From Candidatus Hydrogenedentota bacterium (GTDB lineage: Bacteria; Hydrogenedentota; Hydrogenedentia; Hydrogenedentales; SLHB01), in NCBI GenBank assembly GCA_034408725.1, contig JAWXCN010000206.1, forward strand, positions 1-15,014: DNA of 15,014 nt, given 5' to 3'. Both the position numbers and the translations under genes were made by a program. Below, piece after piece: positions 7,832 through 15,014 of this stretch. The notes beneath the pieces were generated by a model. That model saw nothing but the letters and a program-made list of their open reading frames with translations. It had not been told where the DNA came from and made no database searches. Each line of letters begins with the position of its first letter. Positions within the stretch are counted from its first letter, which is position 1.

Positions 7832-8466
7832 ACATGGAATTCATAGCGCGTGTTGCGCGGGCCAACTGGCATATACTGCTGGTGACGGTCTGCATATTGG
7901 GCGTAGCCGCTTACCAGGCGAACTCTGCCCCCCCCAAACCCGGGATACTCAGCGCTTCGGTGACCACCGCACACGGCAATGCCAAAGCCGCGCCGATAGA
8001 AGCCGCGCCAATATTGGATGCAGTGACCGCGGAAAAAACTTCCCGCCGGGAAATGGCAATGGCCGCCATTCGTGAGAATGAAGCGGCGCTTGGCTCGAGC
8101 GCCGATCCGTTGAACGCCGCGGCCTACATGAATGGAATAGCCAACCTGTATTTTCAGCGTCTCCAGGATTATGATTCGGCAGCCGGATACTATGAACGCG
8201 TCCTCAGCGAACATCCGGATGCGCCGTGTGCCTATCAAACTTATGTACAGTTGGCGTTGTGCTATGAACGCCTGAACCAGCCAGAAAAACGCACGGCCAC
8301 CCTCCGGCGCATGCTGGCACGATTCCCGGAAGATTCTCAGGAGTACGCCTACGCCTACTCTGAATTATACGGAGCACTTCCTAACGACCAGCCTATTGCC
8401 GCCGATTCCCCAAAAACCGGCCCAGCCTCGCTCGAACTCGCCCAAGCGCTTCCATCCGGTCATTAA
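7828..8466 (+). CDS. Membrane-anchored or exported tetratricopeptide repeat protein (~212 aa)
   Basis: ATG at 7828 overlaps the upstream stop (ATGA). N-terminal hydrophobic stretch, then TPR-like helices (AYMNGIANLYFQRLQDYDSAAGYYERVLSEHPD; TYVQLALCYERLNQPEK...FPEDS). Confidence 0.82.
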   Translation: MNMEFIARVARANWHILLVTVCILGVAAYQANSAPPKPGILSASVTTAHGNAKAAPIEAAPILDAVTAEKTSRREMAMAAIRENEAALGSSADPLNAAAYMNGIANLYFQRLQDYDSAAGYYERVLSEHPDAPCAYQTYVQLALCYERLNQPEKRTATLRRMLARFPEDSQEYAYAYSELYGALPNDQPIAADSPKTGPASLELAQALPSGH

Positions 8467-8470
8467 AAGT

Positions 8471-8495
8471 GGCCCGCAACACGGGCTTGTTTGTT
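8471..8495 (+). terminator. Possible weak intrinsic terminator between the two cassettes
   Basis: GGCCCG-CAACA-CGGGCT hairpin followed by TGTTTGTT, starting 4 nt after the TPR gene stop. Confidence 0.4.
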
Positions 8496-8566
8496 CGATA
8501 AACATCCAATCATTTTTTCGCGCGCGGGGCCATTCCGGCAAATCGCGCGCGAAAGAGGAGACCCGC

Positions 8567-8980
8567 ATGCGCAAACGGGCCAAGGAAAATACCAGTGGCT
8601 TTACGCTGGTAGAGTTGGTGGTTGCAATGGCGATGTTTACCGTCGTGCTCGGCGCGACGGCGCAGGCGCTCGTCTCGTACTATGCCGCACTGGATTTACA
8701 AAACCAACGGCACTCAGCTCTACGGAATTGCACGGCCGTAATCAGCCAAATGCGGGACGCGCGCGATGCCGGCGGCGACGATTTTCCCGCCGCGATTACG
8801 GCCGGATGGCCAAACGCCGCGGAAATCGCAGGCGCCGGAACGCTTCCCCAAGAAACTATTACTGTTAGCTACGTCGACACGAACGCCAACCCACTCGAGG
8901 TTCGCGTTCAAAGCACGTGGCGTGATCTTCAGGACCGCGAAATATCGCTCAGCATCAGCACGATGTTAACCAATGAATAG
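8567..8980 (+). CDS. Type IV prepilin-like protein, PilV/GspI-like minor pilin (cassette 2, ~137 aa)
   Basis: RBS GAGGAG (8555-8560) before ATG 8567. TSG|FTLVELVV signal. NPLEVRVQSTWRD motif is shared with 5100..5522. Confidence 0.88.
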   Translation: MRKRAKENTSGFTLVELVVAMAMFTVVLGATAQALVSYYAALDLQNQRHSALRNCTAVISQMRDARDAGGDDFPAAITAGWPNAAEIAGAGTLPQETITVSYVDTNANPLEVRVQSTWRDLQDREISLSISTMLTNE

Positions 8981-9620
8981 GAAAACGATAATGGACTCCC
9001 GCGGATTCACGTTAATGGAACTGATGATGACCGTGGCGATTCTGTTTGTGGTTAGCGTGCTTGGCATTCTGGCCCTGCAATCGTCCTCTAGCGCGATGGC
9101 GATCGCCGCGTCCAAATCGGAAGTAGAAGGCAACGTGCGCGACGTGTTAACTGCAATGGCGCGCGAAATCGAGTTGTCATCCAAGACGCCGGACGATTCC
9201 CTGTTGCCGCCACTCGAAGCCGTCGCGGTCAATCAGGACCCCGCGCCGCTGTGCCCGGTTGAACTGTCCTTTCAAATCCCTTTAGACGATACGGGCCTGC
9301 GCTGGTCCAGTGCAATCCGGTACCGGTTCTACAACGAAGATGTGAACGGCGACGGTCTGTTGAATCCCGGAGAAGACGTTGATGGGGATCGCAGTCTGTC
9401 GCGTCGAATCTTGCGCCTCCAGGACCGAAACAATGACGGGGACGCCTCTGATCCCGATGAACAGCGGCCGCTGGCGGGCGCAAATAATCTTACCGGTGCT
9501 GATTTCGCCATCAATGCAAACGTAATCAGCATCACGCTTAGTTCGGAGAAGCTCATGGACGGCAGGCGTGACCATCCAATAACTACAAACGCGTCAAGCG
9601 ACATTTACCTGCAAAACTAA
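8973..9620 (+). CDS. Type IV prepilin-like protein, PilW/GspJ-like minor pilin with Dx[DN]xDG loops (cassette 2)
   Basis: SRG|FTLMELMM signal, 'NVRDVLTAMAREIELS' helix, loops EDVNGDGLLNPGEDVDGD and DRNNDGD. The start may be 8973 or 8991. Confidence 0.88.
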   Translation: MNRKTIMDSRGFTLMELMMTVAILFVVSVLGILALQSSSSAMAIAASKSEVEGNVRDVLTAMAREIELSSKTPDDSLLPPLEAVAVNQDPAPLCPVELSFQIPLDDTGLRWSSAIRYRFYNEDVNGDGLLNPGEDVDGDRSLSRRILRLQDRNNDGDASDPDEQRPLAGANNLTGADFAINANVISITLSSEKLMDGRRDHPITTNASSDIYLQN

Positions 9621-9645
9621 ACCTGATGCTCCTGGAGGGCGTCCC

Positions 9646-12042
9646 ATGTCTTACAAGCGAAAAGATGATGACGGAATAGCGCTGATTTTGGTCGTGCTGG
9701 CGATCCTGGTGATCCTTGCCGCGTTGACCACAGTCTTTAATCGTGTGCAGACGGCAAAACTGCGCACGGACGAAGCAGTGGCGACTGCGCGGTTGGACGA
9801 AGCGATCAAGGCCGGGGTCGACCTCGCGATCGAGAATGTTTGGAACGAATACCTCGAAGGCAACGGCAATACAACGGGCAATCTCGCATCCTACCTTGTC
9901 TTTGCCGACGCGCTTGTGGATACCAACGAAGACACAAACGGCGACGGCACGATGGATGGCACGGAGTACGACGCCAACGGCGACGGCACTTTCGCCTCGA
10001 ACCCCGGCGGCGTGGACATCGTGACGGAAGCGGACGCTTTAAGGCTTTCGTCGGGAGAGCAAATCCTCGGTGTTAACGTCGAACGTATGGATGATGTAAC
10101 CGGTACGGTGTTCACGCTCACGGCAACGGCGCGATCTGGAAACAGGATGAAATCTGGGGTGCAGACCGTGCGTGTTTCCGGTCAGCCATTCCGCGGATTC
10201 GAGTTTGGCATTCTCGCGAACAACATCAACTGCATCATGTGCCACGCGGAAATCAATTCGCTTGATCTGTTTCGCAACACCGACCCGGATATGTATGGCG
10301 AATTCGATCGCGTAAAAATGGCCGCCCTCGAATCGCTGATGATACGCACGAACGAAAACATCAGCACCGAAATCGCCGGCACCACGTATACCCGGGGCCA
10401 GGTGTACAACCACGCCTGGAGCACGCTCAATGCAACGAGCCTCGCGTCGTCGAACTTCAAGGCATTTCAGTTCAGTTCCTCGAACGGAAAAATCAATCAG
10501 AATTCGTCGGGCGGCCTCACGACCGGCAACCTCTCCAACGCGACAACCAATTCCAACGGAAAACTGAACCAGTTCGCGAATTTGTACTTGAACTATCCGA
10601 TCGACGAAGACGCAATGACCGATGGCACGCTTCCCGTCAACTTCCCCGCGCCATTTCCGGACGATGACGGCGACAAGATGGTCAGCCAGGACGAGTTCGA
10701 CACGGTCATCAACAGCGCAAACGGCAGCATTTCATTTGAACTCGACCCGAGCCTTATCGGTGGTTCCGTTACCGCGGGCGTGGCGTATGGCGTCCCGGCC
10801 GGATCGACGTATTCCGGGTCGTCGCTCCCCGTCGCGTCCAACAGCGCGCTGAGCCAATTGCAGGCGGACGGTTCGTACGATGGCAATCTCATCCTCATTG
10901 GCACCGATAGCGACCCCATCGTGATAGACCGCAAAGTCGCGGTGAATGGCGACATCATTATTAAAGGAAAAGTAAAAGGCTGGGGCCAGATATACGCCAA
11001 AGGAAACGTGTATGTCGCCGGTGACGTCACTTATGCCGACGCTCCAGGCGAATTTGGCGTGGCCTCCGACGGGACCACCAACGGGTTCGCGCTCACTGCC
11101 GGCGGAAGCATCATGATGGGCGATTACCTGACCATCCGCGCGAAACAGCATACCGCTGACACCGGCAAGTATCCCGCTGGCGGGTTCATCGACATGCGTC
11201 AATCGAACCGCACCGTAACACTGACGAAGAGCGGACAGCCGAACCAGTCCCACACAATCGGCTACTTCGACTCTGGAGTTTCAGACACCGGCGCAGCACA
11301 AGGATCGCAACCGCAATTGAGTTTCACGACATCCGAACTCATGCTGTTCAACAAGCGCGAGTATGAAAAAGCCCAGGCGAGCCCTTCGTACAAACCGCGC
11401 TACTACCGCCTGAAGCCGTCCGCGCCCGTGTACCGCTATTCGTCGTCGGACGAACATACCGTCAAATACAATGAATCCGGCGTGGTGGCAATAACCAACC
11501 TGACAAACGCCGCCGTCCATGATCTGAACCCGCAAAGCTTTTGGGTGTCTGAAACACAGATGCGCAATTTCTGGTACGCGGATGAAATGACGCGCCCCTC
11601 GAGTGGACGCCCGCTCCAATTCGACGGGCTCCTCTATTCCAACAACAGTATTTTCTGTATTACCCGCAGCAGCGGCCGGCACAACTCGAATACGCGCGGG
11701 CGCATGCTTTTGCGCGGTGGCGTGGTCTCCGCGGACCTCGGCGTATTCGTCCCCGGACCGGACTTCGCAGAACCGCGCACGGCGCTGCAACTCTACTATG
11801 ACAAACGCGTTGCCAATTTCCTGCGCGTAGAAGACACGACACGCGTGGCGTTTCGCCGAATGACCTATCGTCCGTTGACAGGCGTGTACACGGCCACTTC
11901 CGGAACAGGATTCACGGGAGATTCCTACGACGGCGGCTCCGGCAATAGCGGTGTCGGCCAGGGCAACGGTGGCGGAAACGGCACATCGAATGAAGGAAAC
12001 GGAAACGGACCAAACGGCAATAATGGCGACGGTAACAATTGA
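9646..12042 (+). CDS. Giant PilX-type pilin-like protein (798 aa) with CxxCH motif, Ca-binding loops and Gly/Asn tail (cassette 2)
   Basis: RBS GGAGG. DDDG|IALILVVLAILV signal with no E5. CIMCH at 10231-10245. Beta-solenoid-like repeats (YDGNLILIG, VNGDIIIKG, AKGNVYVAGDV, AGGSIMMG, FDGLLYS, LRGGVVS) and a G/N-rich C-terminus. Confidence 0.82.
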   Translation: MSYKRKDDDGIALILVVLAILVILAALTTVFNRVQTAKLRTDEAVATARLDEAIKAGVDLAIENVWNEYLEGNGNTTGNLASYLVFADALVDTNEDTNGDGTMDGTEYDANGDGTFASNPGGVDIVTEADALRLSSGEQILGVNVERMDDVTGTVFTLTATARSGNRMKSGVQTVRVSGQPFRGFEFGILANNINCIMCHAEINSLDLFRNTDPDMYGEFDRVKMAALESLMIRTNENISTEIAGTTYTRGQVYNHAWSTLNATSLASSNFKAFQFSSSNGKINQNSSGGLTTGNLSNATTNSNGKLNQFANLYLNYPIDEDAMTDGTLPVNFPAPFPDDDGDKMVSQDEFDTVINSANGSISFELDPSLIGGSVTAGVAYGVPAGSTYSGSSLPVASNSALSQLQADGSYDGNLILIGTDSDPIVIDRKVAVNGDIIIKGKVKGWGQIYAKGNVYVAGDVTYADAPGEFGVASDGTTNGFALTAGGSIMMGDYLTIRAKQHTADTGKYPAGGFIDMRQSNRTVTLTKSGQPNQSHTIGYFDSGVSDTGAAQGSQPQLSFTTSELMLFNKREYEKAQASPSYKPRYYRLKPSAPVYRYSSSDEHTVKYNESGVVAITNLTNAAVHDLNPQSFWVSETQMRNFWYADEMTRPSSGRPLQFDGLLYSNNSIFCITRSSGRHNSNTRGRMLLRGGVVSADLGVFVPGPDFAEPRTALQLYYDKRVANFLRVEDTTRVAFRRMTYRPLTGVYTATSGTGFTGDSYDGGSGNSGVGQGNGGGNGTSNEGNGNGPNGNNGDGNN

Positions 12043-12097
12043 TAAACCCAAGACACGCACTGTCTACCTGCATCGCGCGACGAGGAGATTGATCGGA

Positions 12098-13015
12098 ATG
12101 ACCATGAAATCGAAAATCGCTTATAGCTTGGCGGCGCTCCTGCTTGCGAGTGGCGCGACCGCGGACACCGTCATGCTGAAAAATGGCATCGCAATCGATG
12201 GAACTGTCACGAAAGTCAACGCGAACTGCGTGGCGGTCAGGTCGGGCAACGGCGAGATCATCTACCAAACCGACGAGATAGATCGTATCGAAGAGAATGA
12301 TAAGAAAGGCACGCTCGATCTTGCGCGCGCCAACCCCGCGGCGCTACAGCATGAAAAGACGCTGGAAGAACTGACGGGACTGAATGCTGACCAACGCGAA
12401 AAGGTAATCGCCGTCGTTGACAAATTTGCCGCCGAAGACGCAAACGAGCGGAAACAGGCAATCAACCAATTAATCGGCATGCAGCAAAAGTTTGATGTGT
12501 TCCGATTTCTCAACGAGTCCCGCCAGGGTTTTGGCGCGCGCGTACTGCCGGGCGTTCTCGAAGTAATGCTCGCAATTGACAGCGCCAGAACAAAACCCAT
12601 CGTGATGGAAACTTTGACCAACCAGGTGGCAACGCTACGCGCCGCCGCGCTCGAATTACTGGGCAGGCACCGCGAACTTGCGTCCGCGGAAACCATCGCG
12701 CGCGGCACGGCCGATGCCGACATCGAAGTCCAAATCGCGGCGATCAACGCATTGGCGCAATCGGGCGACCGGCGCGCGACCCCGGTTCTGCTGGACATGC
12801 TGATGAAGACCAATCCGCGCTTGCAAAACGCCGGCAAGGCCGCCCTCAGCCGAATCTGGAGCACAAAAGACGCGCCAGTCGCGCTCGAAACACCGGACCA
12901 ATGGATTGCATTCTGGGCGCAGTCCAGTGCAACGGTCTCCCGCGCAATCGAAGTTGCATCATTGGAACCACTCTACGTGCAACCGCCGGGGACCTACGTG
13001 CTCGCGCACGAATAA
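12098..13015 (+). CDS. Exported HEAT-repeat protein with small N-terminal beta domain (~305 aa)
   Basis: RBS GAGGAG (12082-12087). Sec signal MTMKSKIAYSLAALLLASGATA|D, then a 'DTVMLKNG..IDGTV' beta module. HEAT/PBS-lyase-like repeats (LRAAALELLG; DADIEVQIAAINALAQSGDRRATPVLLDML). Confidence 0.82.
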   Translation: MTMKSKIAYSLAALLLASGATADTVMLKNGIAIDGTVTKVNANCVAVRSGNGEIIYQTDEIDRIEENDKKGTLDLARANPAALQHEKTLEELTGLNADQREKVIAVVDKFAAEDANERKQAINQLIGMQQKFDVFRFLNESRQGFGARVLPGVLEVMLAIDSARTKPIVMETLTNQVATLRAAALELLGRHRELASAETIARGTADADIEVQIAAINALAQSGDRRATPVLLDMLMKTNPRLQNAGKAALSRIWSTKDAPVALETPDQWIAFWAQSSATVSRAIEVASLEPLYVQPPGTYVLAHE

Positions 13016-13028
13016 CCGGACCGGAAAC

Positions 13029-13149
13029 GGCGAATCGCAAAAATAGGCAACCACACGGGACAGCCACCGGCAACCGGCGCTTCGCAAAAATAATCTACCG
13101 CACGGGACAGCCACCGGCAACCAAAACGCGTTGCCGGTGACAGTCCCGT
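13029..13149. repeat. Imperfect 47-bp tandem duplication plus inverted copy forming a hairpin (REP-like; probable bidirectional terminator)
   Basis: CACGGGACAGCCACCGGCAACC at 13054-13075 and 13101-13122, and TCGCAAAAATA at 13035 and 13082 (both period 47). Inverted copy GTTGCCGGTGACAGTCCCGT at 13130-13149 (18/20 match). Lies between convergent genes. Confidence 0.8.
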
Positions 13150-13156
13150 TGTATCT

Positions 13157-14806
13157 TCAAAACCGCGACGACGCCAGTTTTACATCCGCGCGTTTCCACG
13201 CTGACCTGAACTGTTTCTTAATCGCGCGCGCTTCCTTTTTCTTGCCCTGTTCCTGCAAGCTTTGGTGGAGCCCGAATAGCGCCCACCCGTTCTTCGGATA
13301 ATGTTTGAGGTCTTCGCGATATACCGCCTCCGCGTCCACTGGCCGATTTGCATCGAGCAGCGCCGCGCCCAGCAATAGCCGCACTGGTTGATACCATGCC
13401 GGCGGTTCTTCATACGTGAACGTGTCTTCCACCGCCACGGCCTCGGTGAATCCCTTTATCGCCTCGTCCAGCTTGCCTTCCTTGCGGGCAACCTCCGCGC
13501 CGAGCACGGACGAAGCTACCGTGATGATGCTCTTTCCGAAATTGATCCCGATGTACTGGTCGGCGGGATACGCATCGCGAATTTTGTACAATTGCTCCGC
13601 TTCGGCTTTCGCTGGCTCAAGCTGATCAAGTCCCGCAAACGACATCCCTCGCGCGTAATGCCACATCGCCGTCGTATACTGCAGCTCTAGCGGCGGACGA
13701 GGTTCTTCCAACATCTTTTCCCACTTGCCAAACCGCACCAGTGCGAAATACGGCGTCGGCACGACAAACTCCATCGTTGGCATGGCGGCGATGGCGCTTA
13801 TGGGCGCCTCGTCAATCAGATCGCGCGACGCGCTGATCGCGCGCCTGCTGCCTCCCCCGATGGCTGCGCATGACCAGATGAAATGGATGTTGTGCGGGTA
13901 GTACATCATGCTGTACGGCCCTTGCGGATTCCGGAACGCAATGTAATCGCGGTCAACGTCCGCCGCGCGGATGTTCACGCGCACGCCATCCTCGTAACGG
14001 CCCGTGCGTATATACGTGTGCGCCGCCATATGGACAAGATGACCCGCGCCAGGCATCAGCTTGCCGAGCCGGTCCGCATACGGTTCTGCTTTCTCCGGGT
14101 ACGGCGACGCTTCGGTCGAGTGAATGTAGTAATGAATTGCACCGGCGTGTTTTGCGTTGCGCTCCAAGACGGTCTCGAGCGCAGCAAGGATGTCCAGCGT
14201 CTCGGGTGCGGGTGTGCCGTCCTTATTCCACAACTGCCACGGCCGCAAATTCATCAGCGACTCCGCAAACAACGTCAATGCGTCGTCATCCTTCGGATAC
14301 TTCTGCGCCAGCGCGCGCATGGCGTCCGCATACGCGCGGTCCAGCGCCGCGCGGTCCGCCTTCGGATCATCGGAATACCGCAACGCCATCGCCGCAATGT
14401 AATCACCCTCCGGAACTGAAACGCGCGGCGCAAGTTCCAGAGCTTTTCGGCTGGCCTCGTGACTTGCCTTCGCTTGGGCCTCGTCCATCGGCAGGTTGTA
14501 ATTTGGACCCTTTGCCGCGGCAATACCCCAATACGCCATCGCGCAATCAGGGTCATGCTTGAGCGCCTCGCGAAACGCGAGGTTGGCTTCCTCGTGATTG
14601 AATGCGTAGATCAGGCGAAGTCCCTGGTCAAAATACGCCTGGGCCTTCGGCGATGCGGTGGTAATCGCGTGATGGTGATCGCCGAGATCGTCAAACAGCG
14701 GGACTTCTTTTGAGCCTTGCGCCGGACCGTGCGCACCGGCAAACGCGGGCGCGTTCGCAGTGACCGCCAACGCCACGCCGAGGATGATGCGAATCGTTAC
14801 TTTCAT
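13157..14806 (-). CDS. Secreted tetratricopeptide repeat protein with His-rich central motifs (549 aa)
   Basis: Signal peptide MKVTIRIILGVALAVTANAPAFA. TPR-like helices (AQAYFDQGL..YAFNHEEA; DPDCAMAYWGIA; EAVYREDLKHYPKNGWALFGL). His motifs HAGAIHYYIH, GHLVHMAAH and YPHNIHF. Confidence 0.88.
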   Translation of the reverse strand: MKVTIRIILGVALAVTANAPAFAGAHGPAQGSKEVPLFDDLGDHHHAITTASPKAQAYFDQGLRLIYAFNHEEANLAFREALKHDPDCAMAYWGIAAAKGPNYNLPMDEAQAKASHEASRKALELAPRVSVPEGDYIAAMALRYSDDPKADRAALDRAYADAMRALAQKYPKDDDALTLFAESLMNLRPWQLWNKDGTPAPETLDILAALETVLERNAKHAGAIHYYIHSTEASPYPEKAEPYADRLGKLMPGAGHLVHMAAHTYIRTGRYEDGVRVNIRAADVDRDYIAFRNPQGPYSMMYYPHNIHFIWSCAAIGGGSRRAISASRDLIDEAPISAIAAMPTMEFVVPTPYFALVRFGKWEKMLEEPRPPLELQYTTAMWHYARGMSFAGLDQLEPAKAEAEQLYKIRDAYPADQYIGINFGKSIITVASSVLGAEVARKEGKLDEAIKGFTEAVAVEDTFTYEEPPAWYQPVRLLLGAALLDANRPVDAEAVYREDLKHYPKNGWALFGLHQSLQEQGKKKEARAIKKQFRSAWKRADVKLASSRF

Positions 14807-14827
14807 CGCCGGAGTCTCCCTTCCCGA

Positions 14828-15014
14828 TTACAACTTCCCGTCAAACCAATCCGCCATCTTGGCGACCTCTTCCTCAAGTGTCGGCCAAGGATGGGCGCCG
14901 CCCTCCTTTACAAAAAGTTCCGCGGAGCCGCCCGCGGCTTTCACCGCGTCGATGAAGACTTGAGACTGCTGCAGCGGCACCATGGGATCGGCGTCGCCAT
15001 GATAGATCATGTAC
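14828..15014 (-). CDS. Alpha/beta hydrolase (esterase/BD-FAE/S9-like), C-terminal fragment, 5' end outside the window
   Basis: YHGDADPMVPLQQS (catalytic Asp motif HGxxDxxVP) and EGGAHPW (catalytic His), then a terminal helix with WFD. Confidence 0.85.
   Translation of the reverse strand, partial: YMIYHGDADPMVPLQQSQVFIDAVKAAGGSAELFVKEGGAHPWPTLEEEVAKMADWFDGKL

Noticed and set aside
8537-8576. c-di-GMP-I riboswitch-like words (GGCAAA...GAAA...CGCAAA)
   Set aside because: The flanks of GAAA do not pair as the required stem, and the segment overlaps the RBS and start codon.
5100-9675. Acidic residues before the prepilin cleavage Gly (EEG, KDG, DEG, DDG) as evidence of a novel peptidase
   Set aside because: Basic residues are still present upstream, and acidic -2/-3 residues are known in class III signals of other lineages.
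13029-13122. Possible mini-CRISPR array
   Set aside because: Only two short cores, the intervening sequence is itself partly repeated, an inverted copy follows, and no cas genes are nearby.

Overview
GC-rich bacterial window. The gene style weakly suggests Hydrogenedentota or a PVC-like lineage, which is inference only. The left arm (minus strand) carries a MATE efflux transporter, the tyrosine recombinase XerD bracketed by two related REP-doublet elements, and the start of a tightly coupled membrane-protein operon (GYF_2/Zn-ribbon/RDD protein, B-box-like Zn-finger membrane protein, 2-TM hypothetical, and a further gene running off the window edge). The centre (plus strand, 5100-13015) is transcribed divergently from a good sigma70-like promoter. 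It holds two tandem, homologous but diverged type IV minor-pilin/pseudopilin cassettes, each ordered PilV-like, PilW-like, giant PilX/ComZ-like, then an alpha-solenoid accessory protein (TPR or HEAT). The pilins carry many Dx[DN]xDG calcium-loop motifs. The second giant PilX-like protein also has a CxxCH (c-type heme-type) motif, an EF-hand-like loop and a Gly/Asn tail, and is the most unusual element in the window. The right arm (minus strand) has a secreted His-rich TPR protein and the 3' end of an alpha/beta hydrolase. A 47-bp tandem repeat with a hairpin sits at the convergence point.
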